From Oculina patagonica (taxonomy: Eukaryota), in the NCBI RefSeq assembly GCF_052425735.1, contig NC_135767.1, positions 21,638,001 to 21,702,000 of the forward strand: a stretch of 64,000 bases of DNA, read 5' to 3'. A model generated the notes under the pieces. It was not told the DNA's origin and ran no database searches. It saw only the letters and a program-made list of their open reading frames with translations. A program made the translations under genes and the position numbers. Every line of letters begins with the position of its first letter. Within the stretch, counting starts at the first letter, position 1. Positions 1 to 14,100 of the stretch are shown here, piece by piece.

Positions 1-183
1 TTTAGGGTTTTGTGTTCTGGTCATGTGACTTTCCAAATATGATCATGACTACCGAAAATGAAGGCAACCTTCAAAACAACAAACATGTTCAAAACCTAAA
101 CACAGAACACAAAGGCACACCACGATATGACGGTTAGAAGTTATCCATAGTAACCATTGAGAGTCTCCCCCCTTCCCCCTTAA

Positions 184-832
184 GGACGTTCGCGCCAATT
201 GTTTATGCGCATCCCTACAGCGCACGTAATTCATGTCGCAACGCCATGCGACGCCATACTTTGAGCGCGCGCGCTGAGTAAAATTTCTAAGAACATATAG
301 GGTGAGTTGCCGCTCCGCTCGCTTCGCTTGCAATTTGCTCTCTTAAATGGTCGGTGACACCTACTTTTTTCTCAACAGACCACTTTTGTTAATTGATATC
401 TACGTTTTGCGAGAAAATAAAAAAAAATCTATCGAGTGGAAGTTTGATTTTTTGTCACACTGACGGTTTGATTTCCACTTTTTGAGCTTTCCTTTTTGCC
501 GTACGACAGTTTCAAATTCGTTTTTCCAGGGTTAAGTTTAATAAAAAAGATGGCAAAACTAGGAATTATTTACGCAACAGACGCACTTCTACAAAATGTG
601 ATTAAGATCGTTAGCCTCCGTTTACTCATTTTGATATTAAACCCTGTAAACCATGCTGAATGACCGTGCGCCAATTTTTCAAAATCAGGGTAGTTTTCCA
701 CACGCTTTTTCTCTGAAACGAAGTCGGTGACCCCAACTTTTTTTTGCATTTCTGACAAAAGTAACTCATTATCTGACCGCAGCAAAAAAATTAAAGAAGT
801 CTATCGAGTAGAAAATTTTGGCGCGAACGTCC
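184..832. mobile_element. Non-autonomous DNA transposon (Kolobok-like MITE)
   Basis: TIR GGACGTTCGCGCCAA...TTGGCGCGAACGTCC flanked by TTAA on both sides (180-183, 833-836). Confidence 0.75.
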
Positions 833-861
833 TTAATGTGCCGATTCCTCAAAACCTGTAG

Positions 862-2188
862 GTTGCCAAGACGCTCTAGGTATGGAAAGCGGTGCAATTG
901 AGAAGAAGCAACTTATTGCATCCTCGAGCAATTATAGAACAGCTGGTCCCGAGCAGGCCAGATTGAACTTAGAAAGAGACAAGGGGAAGACCGCAGGATC
1001 ATGGAGGGCAGATGACGAAGACTACGATGCATGGTTGCAAGTTGATTTGAACAGCAACTATACTGTAATAACTGGTGTAGCAACACAAGGGAGAAAACAT
1101 CAGACCAAGTGGGTGACAAAATACAAGCTTCAGTACTGGGGACATGATGTGGATGTCCAATACTACAAAGATGAAGGGCAGTCTGGCCCATTCAAGGTAA
1201 ATTGATTGAATTTTGTCATTTTTATATTGATTTTCTTGGTGTAAGCCTAAAGTATTAGTCGTTGTCAACTTTCCTTCGGAAAATTGCCTAAGTCCGCGTT
1301 TGTTTGCGAAGTTGCTAATAAACATGTGATGTACCCTTATGACGTCATGCATGCTGCCATGATTGTTTTCGGCGTGCTCGCGACTGTTGGAGCTAGCTTT
1401 TGATCGAAAAGTAAGAAGCTTAAGCTAAGCTTTTGAAATCATGTCGTAAAATTTACCTTTTTCTCTACCGTCAAGATAAGGCCACCTCATTACTAAGTGT
1501 CAGGCATTATTAACTACAAAACTTGCATTTTCTGGATTAGTTCTCTAGTTTATTGGCTATGTGTATATGGGTAATTTCCGTTAGCTGATGCCTAAAAGGC
1601 CATGTTACAGAAGGCAATTTTCCTTGTAACTTGCAACGCAACGGTGACGATTGAAAAATATTGCAAGTTGCAGAGGAAGTGTCACACGTTCGCAATTTTT
1701 CCACGCAACTTGCAACGAATCAGCTGGAAATCGTCTTGAAATCTCCAACAAGCGAAGAACGCGCTCTAATTGGCTCATTTTAATAAAACTGCATTACAAG
1801 TTGCGCTTGCCAGCGCTTGGCATGTAACACACAGCAACGTTGCGAAAAGTTGAAGATAGTTCTACTATTCTTTCAACCTGCAAGCAACATTTAGTTGCAT
1901 TGCAGGTTGCAAAAGTGGGATGTTACACGTGAAACTGGCAATGCAAAAAAAAATTGCCTTGTGTAACATGGCCTTAAAGCGATACTAAGACTGATACAAA
2001 GAGTATAAGTCTTACAAATCCTTAGCAACGTTCTATTTAACTGATTCAGGAATTTGCTGGAAATACAGACCGGGATACTATTGTTTATCATGAGCTTAAC
2101 CTACCAATCAGGGCACAGTTCATCAAGTTTATTCCAATGGCTTGGGTAGGCAAAATAGCAATGAGACTGGAGCTCTATGGCTGTGAGG
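862..2188 (+). CDS. Gene A discoidin (F5/8 type C) domain, two exons
   Basis: [13 protein letters not shown]...WLQVDL...GVATQGR...WVTKYKLQY / [16 protein letters not shown]...MRLELYGC. Confidence 0.92.
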
Positions 2189-5100
2189 GTATGTTTTTAA
2201 TATTCATTGCATCTCAAAACGTAAAACCACATTGTCTTTTAATGATTGGTCTTATCAATCTGACTTGTAACAAATACATTAAGCCTATTTGCACCGGGAA
2301 GGGGTGGTGAGGAGGGGGCCTTGCCTCCTAATCGCAATCATAGTGGAGAGCAAGACCAATCAAATAACGTCTTTGGAGGCAACCAAAGTTAAGGAGTGCT
2401 CAATTAAACTTATCAGAGAACATTCTTTCTGTTCCAGCAAGGAATTACCAAACTTTTGTAATATTCTGTTTATTCTCGTTTTGTTTTATTTTTTTGTTTT
2501 GTGTTATTTTTTTTAGTTTCTCACTTCCTTTCCATTATGAGTTGACTATGAGTAATTGTTTATAAAGCCTACCTCTAGCTTACCGAGAATGTAGTTCCGA
2601 AGGTGTCCGTAATAGCGAGAGTTGACATTAGATCTATATTCTTAATATCGCTGAATTTAGGCCAATTGTTGTATTACACATAAACATTCCTATAAATATA
2701 TTTAAATATAGTTGCGTTTAAGCCGGAAGGAGGACGTGTGTTACTATACTAAGTAGGGACCGTCGTTACATCGTTTGTGACATTCTCTTATTATCTTAAA
2801 ACTTCAGACGCGTGCCTGTCCAGTCCATGTTTGAATGGTGGTACCTGTATCAGTAACTACACTTCAGGAACTTTTGTATGCATTTGTCCTTCAGATTACT
2901 ATGGTGAAACTTGTGAATTAGGTAAGATAAAAAAGTAAAACCAGTGTTTGGTTGGTAAGCACTCAGAAATAAGCGTTAAAGGGAAGCTTGGAAGAGATGG
3001 TTATGCTCGTTTTCTAAAGAGTAGATAGAATCAGCCTCGTCGACGTACGTTCCCCTACTCGCCGCTAAGTAATTGAATTCTTTATTACACGTTTGACTGC
3101 AAGATTCTTCTGCAGTCCACAGGTTAAGATTTAACCTGTCCAGTCTTATCCAATCCAACCCAATTCAGTCCAGTACAGTTCATCCTAGTGCTATCCTACC
3201 CTATTCTATTCCTTCCGATATCCAATCCAATGCTATCCAATCCAGTAAAATCCATTTTATTCCAGTCCAGTCGAATCCAATCCGAATTAACCGATTCCAG
3301 TGCAATCCAATTGAATCCATTCGATCCAGTGCAGCACGGTGCAGTCCAGCCCATTTAAATCCAACCCCATTTAATCCAATCAAATCCAGTCCAGGACAGT
3401 GCAGTCCAGTCCAATCCATTCCAATTACATCCACTGCAATCCAGTCCACTCCATTCCGGCGCAGTGCAATACAATCCAATTCTACCCAATCCATATCATA
3501 TCGAATCGTATCGTATCGTATCGTTTCGTATCATATCATATCATATACTAAATTAACGAACCTGGCCGGTTTCATTACCTCGACCTCTCGATCCGAACTT
3601 CTGCGTATTATCATTAGCCTTTGGTGCCTACTTGTGTAATCTATTAAAAGCGACTTATTAATCTAAGACGCATGGTTGATTGGATGTGGTGGATTGATAC
3701 TGCAAACTGACATTTATGATTATGAGATTATCGAAAAACTGTGCTTGACTTGTGAAACATGTATGCTTTTATGCAGTTCACTAGATTCCCTGTAACATTT
3801 TAAAATCGCTTAGTTACAATAACAAGTTCCCTAGCTCTTAGTCAAAAGCAAGGCTTCGAAAGTATTTGTTGTTTTAACAGGTAATCAGTGCTTGCTAAGT
3901 CCATGTCTAAATGGAGGTACCTGCTCGTCCTGTAATCACTGGCCGCATTTTGAATGCAGATGCCCTTCTGGATACATTGGCTTCAACTGTGGCACTGAGC
4001 TAGGTAAGAAATTGTCCTTTCTCATAAAAGCTATGACGACAATATTAAATAAGACGATCCAAAAACGATAAGAAAATGATAATAAGAAAAACTGATCCAG
4101 CATATTGGTTGCTGGGCGAACAGAAAATCATCACACACCACTGCGCATACGTATTTACTCAGAATGTTTTTTTTTTTGTTTTTTTTGCCGTGTAAAATGA
4201 TTACGTACATATAATGTAATGTTGTACACGGATTCCACTTCTGACATCAAGTGACGACAGCACTAAACAGCAATCACACAAAGGAAACAAACATACATAC
4301 ATACAGACAGACCGACAAATAAAGAACAACGACAACGACAAAAACAAAAACAGCAAAAAATCAACAACAAAACAAACAAATGCCCTCTGTAGTGGCTTTT
4401 TTAATATTTCTTAATTTAATCCATAAATTATGTGATTGCTGGTACTTGATTACTGGTAACAGCCAGCATCACTAAATTAAAGAAAATGTTTTCTTTGGCA
4501 AGTCCAGAATTTATATAGTTAGTGTCCGAAAGAGGACTTCGCACATTAGTATTATTGAAATAAAACATAAAGCTAAGCAAGAGACAACGGTTTACTAAAA
4601 AAGAAGCTTCTTTCTGCGAGTAAGATTTAATTTTCAGTCTGTTTCCAGCAGCGTAGGACAACGTAAAAATTTATTGGCGTTCTTTTAGTGTCGAAGTCTG
4701 ATAAAAGCTAGCAATGGACAAATTTCGTTTTTTTTCCTAACAGGTGATGCGTGCGCAGCCAATCCTTGTCTGAATGGTGGCACCTGTACAGCGGAGGACA
4801 ATTCGTTAGGTTTTACATGCAGCTGCACAGGATTAATCACTACTTATAACTGCGACACTCAAGGTGATACGTATTGCCATCCCGACAAGATAACTCAATA
4901 CTTAGTGTGTATTTGCATTGGTTATGACCATAACCGACACCTAGCAGGCTCTGCCCGGAGGTCTAAGCCGTTACCCTTTTATATGCCATTTGAGACGGGA
5001 AAGGTTACCCTTTCGTAAACCTTTAATATGAAAATGGTTTCTCTTTCATATACCTAAACTGCAGCTCTTTTCTTAATTTTTCACTTATAAATACCCCAAA

Positions 5101-8100
5101 CATTTTTCAATGAATTGACCGGTTCGGTAAGTCTTGATGAGATATTTTGAAAGGTCCTTTAAAATACTTAAATGACGGTTTTCGCTATCCTTTTATATAC
5201 TACAACTCGTGAAAGCCCAGTGCTTTTACATACCTACAGCCTGAAAAAAGTTGCCCTTTTAGGCAGAGCCTCCCAGCTCTAGGGATTCTCCCTTGAGCGG
5301 GAGGCTGTAAGCTTACACTTACCAACGTTTTTCTTAACAGGTACAGCCAAAACATAACTCTTATGTTGGTTTTGTATCTTTTCTAGACGACAGGATTTGT
5401 TGAGATTGATTTAGCACAACCAAAGGAGAAATGACTTTGTGAGAAAACAAAATCCCCTTCTAAACAAAGCTATGAAAAAGTTGTGTAACAGATACGTTTG
5501 TGATTTTTCACCAGCTGTTGCGTGTTTGCCCAATAATCCTTGCCTAAATGGAGGGACCTGTACGGTAGTTATTGACTGGCCGTTGTTCACATGCAGTTGT
5601 CCCTCTGGATATTTTGGTTATAATTGTGGATTTCCACAAGGTAAGACACGTCGTCACGAGGTAGCCTTTAACTAACCTTTTTGTGTAAATCATCATCGTC
5701 ATCAAAATCATCATCATCATCACAATCGTAATTATCATCATCATCCTCATCATCATCATCATTATCATCATCATCAACATCATCATCATCATCTGTTTCC
5801 TTTTTTAGTATAAAAAAATGTTTCTATTGTCTTGTATTTTTCGTTTTTCTTTTCTCTTGACAATTTATTGAAGGTTAAGCAACATAAATTGCAACACCAA
5901 CAGAAATAAAGTTCAAAAGTTGTTGGAAAATAAATATACAAAATGTTTTTAAATTTCAGATGGCTGCACACAAGTTAACCCGCCCAAATTTCTGGATCAG
6001 TATCTCTTTTTGACAAAGACTTACAAACGCTCAAAGCTAATCAGAAATTGTACTTCTTAACAGGCGACCCGTGTTCAGACGAACCTTGCAAGAATGGTGG
6101 GACATGTACCGTGGCTGATAACTCGGTTGGATCTGAATGTACCGTGGCTAATAACTTGCTTGGATTTGTGTGCAATTGTCCTTCAGAATATATCGGCTTT
6201 GATTGTGGCACTCTGAAAGGTAATATGCACCCTCCTAAAAATGAGACTAAAGTTTTTATGAGTCAACGAGTCATGAGTCATGAGTCAATGAGTCAAATCT
6301 TAAATTAGAGGTATAAATTTGAAAATAGTGCTACCCTTACTAACAAATTAAAGCTAACCGCAAGCAAACCAGAGTGCAACTAACCGCAAGCAAAAAAAAC
6401 TTTCCAATACACCCACTACTCTTCTTGCCACCCACCAGGGGCCAAAAAAAGGCTTCATTAAGGGTGAGACACTCAGACTTCTAAGAACCAACTCCACTGA
6501 TAAATTATTCAACGATAATTAGAATAAATTCAAAACACGCCTCCATGCGAGAGGCTACCCTAAAGCATTCGTTGAAAGAATAACAAGCGAAGTCAAATTC
6601 AGTGAAAGAAAGTTGGCTCTAAAACAGAAAGAGAAACAACAGAAAAAAATTCTACCATTTACAACAAAATTCCACCCGGCTCTGCCAAACATAAAAAACA
6701 TCCTTATGAACAAGTGGCATTTAATTCAAAACCAACCAAAATTGAGAGAAATATTCAAGGAACCTCCCTTAATCTCATACAAAAGGGGCAGATCCCTAAA
6801 AGATATGCTCGTTAAAGCTAAACTTTGATACAGTAACGTTTCCCTCATCACGGAAATATGAGTCGTGTTTGGCCTGTCTACACCTTTTTAGTAAAAATTT
6901 CACGACAAAAATAAAAAATCACAACAATAAATAAAAAATTACCAAAATATTATTTTAGCAGATTATGAGGACTTATTCTATAGGCCAATAGCTGGATTTT
7001 AAAGCATGCTATATATTTTAATCTTCTTGAACATATTTTATCTTAGCTTGCTATACCGATCGAAATTCAGTTTAAAAAGATTTGATGTATACTGTACGCT
7101 GTTTTCTCATTTAAATGAAAATTTCAAATCATGTTGATAACTAACTGAATTAGCCTTGCAGAATTTCGCCAAACGGATCAATAAACTGTGTGTGAGTCAC
7201 ATGACATTCTAATGCCAGCGAACTGTGCACTTGCTCCTTAATTTACCGAGGCATCAAATCGCGCGCTGAATTTGCCGCAAAATCTTAAGTTCTAGTAGCT
7301 CACTATGTTATTAATATTAACATTATTTTGCTCTAAAAAGGACCAATTTTGTTTAAATATACATGTATTTCTCAACAGCGTGTTCCCCCAATCCTTGTGC
7401 AAATAATGGCAGCTGTACAGGGGCGACCAACACACAAGGGTTTACATGCAACTGTTCTTCAGAGTACATTGGTGATACATGCGAAAATAAAATTGGTAAG
7501 ACAAGCTTTTTCAGCTCCTTCCAGTTTTCTTGGTTTTGCTGACATTGAACACATTTCAAAGAAGTTTTTTTTTTTTTTTAAAAAAAAAGACAGGTTCAAA
7601 TACAGCAAATTATAATTAGGTTAACGTGGCACAAATAAGTGTGCCTAATTCGTGCATTTCTTATGACATTGGAACAAGGGAACTACTACAAAGACATCAG
7701 ATGCTCAAAACACGCCTCTTTGATCCACGTTCCATTAATTTCTTTCTATATATTCTCTTTATTAAATTTAATTTTTAAGTTTAATTTTATTTCAGTTCAT
7801 GGCAACTGGAGTAGCTGGTCTCCATGGCCTAACTGTAACAAGCCGTGTAATGGCGGAATAAGGACCAGAAAGCGCATGTGTGATAACCCTGAACCAGCAT
7901 TTGGCGGGAACAACTGCACTGGTCCGGCAAATGAGACTGAGCCCTGTAATTTGGACAGTTGCCCACGTAAATATACTTTCCTCTTGTTTTATTTTGCACT
8001 GTCACTGCCATTAGTGCTCTAGTTTATATTTAAAACAAAATTATTAATCTTCTTTTGCAATAAAAAAATGTAAAGAAAATTGAACCATCTCATACAAAAT

Positions 8101-11100
8101 AATAAACATTCGTTTGTTAGCCTGCCCCCCCCCCCCCCCCACCCCTATTGATCCCCACACGTCTTACATTGTAGTAATGAAATTTACAGTGTGTGCAAAG
8201 GAACGAGCATACGTTCATTATATTGCACTCGTGTGCAGGTTATAAAGTCGTATAATCATAGGCGTACGGGCACCTTCGGACCTGGGGGGGCGGAGACCTA
8301 ATTGCCCGAAAAAAAAAATGACATGCATTGAAAGCCGAATAAAAAGGCATTTAAAATGGACAATGAAACGTGCATTGAAATAGTTGTGTACAAACCTCAA
8401 CTTGCCTGCTTGCTTTAAGGAAATAAACGATAGTTTTTTTCATTAATTTCGTGGTGTTGCCCGAAGATGTCAATGCACCGTATCTTTTTTTTCTTCGGAA
8501 ATAGGTTATTTATCCACTCCTGAGTTCAGCAAAAATTAACGTATTTTCGGGCAGCCAATTTACATTCCCTCACTTGAAAGATATGTAAAAGCGTGTCAGG
8601 TAAATGGGTTAAAACATTTCGTTGAAAGTTTTGAGCTAGCCCTTACGACTTAACTTAATAACATTTGAGTCAAAGCACTAGCTTCATCACATCTGTAACA
8701 ACTTTTGTTTCAAGGTCTTAGGCTGCGCGCAAACGATCGAGCTATGGAGAATCCTAACTTCTGGTCACCTTCGCCAATTTCCTTCTTACTTCAAGTGATT
8801 GTAACTAAATCAAACTGTGGGGTAACACAAAATTTGCCAGAAAAATCGAACGGGATTATAGCAATTTGCGAGAGGAAACGAAAACATACATGAGAAATCA
8901 GTTAGACTTTTGAACCACAAAGTTATATTTCCAATACTTTTTTCTGTTGATGTAATTCGTTTTGAACGTCATGTTGAGATTTGTCGGCTTATTTTCTATT
9001 TTTTTTCTCTAGGCTTGTTGCCCGAATTCCAAGCATTTTGCCCGAAACATTTCATCCCTGGGGGGGCTGCAGCCCCCCCCCCCCAGACCCTCCCCCCCCG
9101 TTTCGTACGCCTATGCGTATAATACTCAAATGACGTCACACATTTAAAAAGGTTTGCCATATTTAGTTTGCCATCAAGAAATCTCCAAAATTGATTTCAA
9201 CAGATCGAGAAAAACATAAAGATAGATAAGCTGTGTAAAGGAAATTCCTCATAAAAAGAAAAATATCACTCAAACAGAAATTTGATTTATTTTAAGCGGA
9301 AGAGATAAACTATAAGGTCAAGCTGACAAATGACGCCTGGAATGATAATCTAGCCAACCCAGCAAGTCAACCTTATATTGAGCTCGAGGACAAAATCAAA
9401 CAAGATGTAAGTTGAGCGATCTTGATTCACTTTTCTTTTCCTGCTCACTTCACTTCACTTCACTTCACTTCACTACACTTCACTTAATTTCGGACCACTG
9501 CACTTTTAACTGCACTTATCTTATTTTACTGCACTACACAGCATTTTACTGTACCCCACTACACCTTACTACACGCCACTGTTATTCACTGCATTGTGCT
9601 ACACTGAGCTGAAATATAACTTAACACTAATAAAACTAATAATTCAAGTGATTTTACAGGAATGTTTGAATGATCTAGGCATATGAACGATAAATATTGT
9701 CTATTCCAATTATAGGTGAAGGATTTCTACACGAAGAGGAATTATAATGTTATTGTGAAGGTCTTAGAATTCAGGTAATCCTGCTGAAAAATCCATTTTT
9801 CGAATAAAATTTTCTCACTGATGAAAGGTCTTTAGTTAATTAACTTTGTAAAAAAAAAAACAAATTTTAAGGTAGAGGTTTCGTAACTATATTTCCTTCC
9901 TATTCACTCCTTCCTTTCTTTTGTGATGGAAATTGTTCTTTTATTTTCATCCATTAATTTTTTTGAGGAAAATTTTAGCGGATTTCCCAGCGGCCCAAAC
10001 GCAGAGCAGAGCCCCATACCCATAGAAAATTAACAGACCCATGCTTTTGGTTTTTCATGGTCATCATGGCTAGCGGCATGGTTCGCGGGCGCGTGCGACG
10101 ACGTCGCCCCAACATGGCGCCCCCATACTCCAGAAATAGGTTTAAGGTTATGGTTAACGTCAGCTTACATCTTTAATATTGGACATCCATGTCATGGTCA
10201 ACTGACAGCTGTCAAACCAAGGTATCTGCTGACCAATATCACATGACCATATGGCGAGCTCACATATAGAACTCATCGAGGTCGCATGTTTTTTTGAAGT
10301 TTACCGCTGACTTAGTAATGGTTTACATTGGATCGCGGGCTCAAGTGCTAGATTTTTCCTGTTATCGGTCAGTAAATTCGGATTTACGAAAGGGGCGAAG
10401 TAAATAATCGGAGAGCTCCGCTTTTAGGCTTGGCTAAATCTATTGTGAGATATTTCCGACTTATCATAAAAGTCTCCAAAGATATTTTCCCTGATTCTTT
10501 CCATTGTTTATAGGGAAGGGAGCATCATTTCCAGTTTCAACGTGACCTATTCTTCAGTAGACTCGTTTCAAATTGTCTCACTTCAGGAAGAAATTGCTGG
10601 TGGATCCTTAGTTGATACACCAGCTGAATTACTCGACATCACAACTACTAACGGTACGTGAGAAATGATTTATAACAACCTCAAGGGATTCATATAAAGG
10701 GAAACCCCTAAAAGGCACCATAATGTCAAATTCTTTTTCGTCCTAAGAAGTACCAATTCTTTGTAACAAACCGCCTCTGTTGATACACCATTTGAGAACA
10801 GTACGTAAGTAAAGATTTATAACAACTCCCAGGGATTTCATATAAAAGGAACCTCTAAATGGTTTTAGAATATCAAATTCATTTTCACCCCTAAGCAGTA
10901 CCATTTTCTTACAAGTCGCTCCTTTTAATACAACCTTAACATCACAACTTTTAAAGGCATACGAGTAAAGATTTATAATAACCCTCTGGGGTTTCAATTA
11001 AAAAAGAACCCTAAAAGATACCGGGAGTTCGAATTCCTTTTCACCCCCAAAAGTTGCCAAATCTTTCTGACGATTCGTTTCTGTTCATGCACCAGTTAAA

Positions 11101-14100
11101 TTAGTTAACACCGCAACTTCTAGCGGTATGTGAGAAACGATTTGTTAAAATACCATAAAAACACTAACTACACTACGAAAATGTGTAAATATATATTCCT
11201 ATAATACCCTTTAAACGACTCATTTGTTATAGATTTCCACGCAGATTGAAGACTTAATTCGCATTTTAGAGGCCATATGTTTTTTTAGTTTGAAAACTGG
11301 AACAGATGCAGCTATTTTTTATGGTGACAACTGAGGACATAAGCTTATCTTTTTAATTGAGGTCTGAAGGTTCATAGATATCAACATAATGTGCTTTTGC
11401 ATTGTTTTCTTCGCAGTACCAAACGAAGCTCCGGTTATTTTGGAAGTTAAGAGTAACACTTCAACATCAATTGATGTTAAGTGGTCAGAAGTTACAGACT
11501 TCATGCCAATTCTTGGTTACGTAATCGCCTACAAGGAAATCAACAATAAGTTCCACCCAGAAATCCTGAAATCAGTAGAGCCAACACCTCGTGAAGCGGT
11601 GTTGGAAGATTTGAAAGTGTTTACAAATTACACTATACGAGTGTACGCTTTTACTGCTAACGGTAATGGAGTGCCGAGTGAAGCAGCCTCTTTAAGAACC
11701 CAGGAAGACGGTAGGTTTATACCAGGTAGTATTTTAATGTAGTTCATTCTTAGGGTGCGTTTCTTTGGGAAAAATCCAATTCCGGATTCTTGATCCAAAA
11801 ACGGATTTAGCGTTTCTTTACCTATATCCGAAAGTGGATTAATCTTGGATCAATGATCTAAAGAATCCACACTTCGAGTGGATACATCAGATCATATCTG
11901 AATCCGGATTTTTAGGATTCATGATCCGTGCGTTTCTTTGGGAAAGGATTCGAAAAAAGTACCATGGCCCAGCGGTCTTTGCTGTGAAAATACAGGTTCG
12001 CTCTTTGTAAACACTGTCATACGGTAAGTTTTCAGGCGTCATTTCGATCAAAATACAAAAGTATTTCACCATAAAAGGAAACGGTAGCTTGATAGGTATG
12101 AAGTGTCATTTTAAACTGGATACAGGTTTTCTAGAACAGCCACCGTGTGCCTACGGAAGTTGTATCCTTTTGAAATTGTCACGAGTGAAGTTTGCATTCG
12201 CAAACATTCTTCGCTCTCAGATGCTTTCTCGCCACATTGTGCTTGAGGCTAAAGAGGAACTATTTCGACGTGTGATTTTTGTAAAAGATTTTGTATGCCG
12301 AAATTATTTTAGCTAGGATACATTCGACGAAAAATAAATTTGTGCCGATATTTTATGTTCTGTGCGAAATGTGTTTACGGGGTTGTCATGGCAAAAAATC
12401 CATTTTCGGATTCTTCGTTTCTTTGGGAGCAAAGTATCCGTGTGATCTGAGATCAATGATCCAATTTTGGATTTTCCCAAAGAAACGCACCCTTAGTTTC
12501 AGTTTGGGAGAGGTCAATTTAATGATTTTTTGCACGACTATATATAAGACAGCTGATATGGCTGGAAGCCATATCAAGTATTCTTTATAAACGTTAGACC
12601 GGGAAACGTTTTAATCGTAAAATCGTGTAATAAATATTTTATGAATCAACATTGCTATGGACCTTACTTTAATCACAACGAAAATTGTCCAAAATAATCT
12701 GAAAGTTCCATTAATTCTACTTTCCAACACTCAATAATTGTTTAAGAAAACATGATCCATTAATTCTACTTTCCAACACTCTATAATTGTTTAAGAAAAC
12801 ATGATCCACTTGCCCAACCAGTAAGATTAGCCTGTTTTTCCACGCCTGCCGTTTAATGTCTTCTAGCTCACTGTGTTGACTGTGGTTGTCGAGATTGTCA
12901 ATTGGCCTTGGGATTTTGAAATTCGTTTGGAAAGGTCACTCTGTTTTTTCTACTTCCTTATCCTAATCTACTTTTCAATTGGCCATAAAATGCCACTTTC
13001 CTATCTCCAACAGTGCCTAGTCGGCCACCACCGAACAGCATCATTAAATCCACGAGCACAAGTACAATCGACGTTTCATGGGAGCCAATCAGCCAAGCTT
13101 ACGTACATGGAATACTCTTGGGATACGAGGTTAGATATGCAAAGGATGACGGGTCGTCGCCATTAACTTGGGAAACAGTGACACTTGATGCAAACACGCT
13201 TGGAGTGGTTTTAAGTGATCTGGAATATTTTACCCGGTACAAGGTGGTGGTCTGTGCTAGGACTTCCAAAGGATGCGGCGCGGAATATTCCGACATTGCT
13301 TACACATTTGGTGATGGTGAGTAGAATATAAGGGAACATTACTGAGAGTTTCCATTCCGGTATTTACTCCTATGTTTCAGAAATGAGCTTTATTTAGCAA
13401 CATACATGTGTTAGTCTAAGGACGCTTTCCATTTGTCAGAACTGGCCGGCCGGTCCGGTGGTTTTAAATGCGATCTGGGCCTTTTCCACGAGATTTTCCC
13501 ACAAATCCACCATGTCAATGTATAATATTTATGTATTGACTGATTTCACAAAACAAATTTGTCTAACAACGGAATTCTGTCCTCAAATATACCGGTCTGA
13601 CCGTCCAATTCTAACAAAAAAAAATCGCCCTTAGACCTTGCCTTACTGAATGTAATACATGTGGGCCATAGAATGTTAGTATTCAATGAGTAATAAATTT
13701 ATCAGGCGACGTTCTTTGCATTTCTGATAATAGCCCAATTGGTTTAATGTAATAAACGATATGTTGATAGAAACTTTCAATGAAACACTTACCAATTAAT
13801 GTAAGGTATAACCATTGCGAATAGCGTTTGTAAATATTCTTCGCGTTAATTGTATATTGATTGGTGCGTATACTTTTTCTTTCTTCTAAGTACCCAGCAT
13901 GCCTCCTCAAAGTGTGACAGCCCATAATCTCACATCCGCAGTGGGAATAAATGTTACTTGGACGCCTGTCCCTATGGGTCACGTGAACGGCCTTCTTATG
14001 GGCTATTCCATAAAATATCGAAGAATTCAAACAGCTGAGAGGGAAGTGTTTGACACAGAGGAGTATACAGTGACGGTAAAATCAACTGACCTTATGGTTG

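Noticed and set aside
1-12. TTTAGGG telomere-like start
   Set aside because: Single unit only.
3201-5792. Low-complexity ORFs (DWIGL repeats, poly-Met)
   Set aside because: Microsatellite translations.
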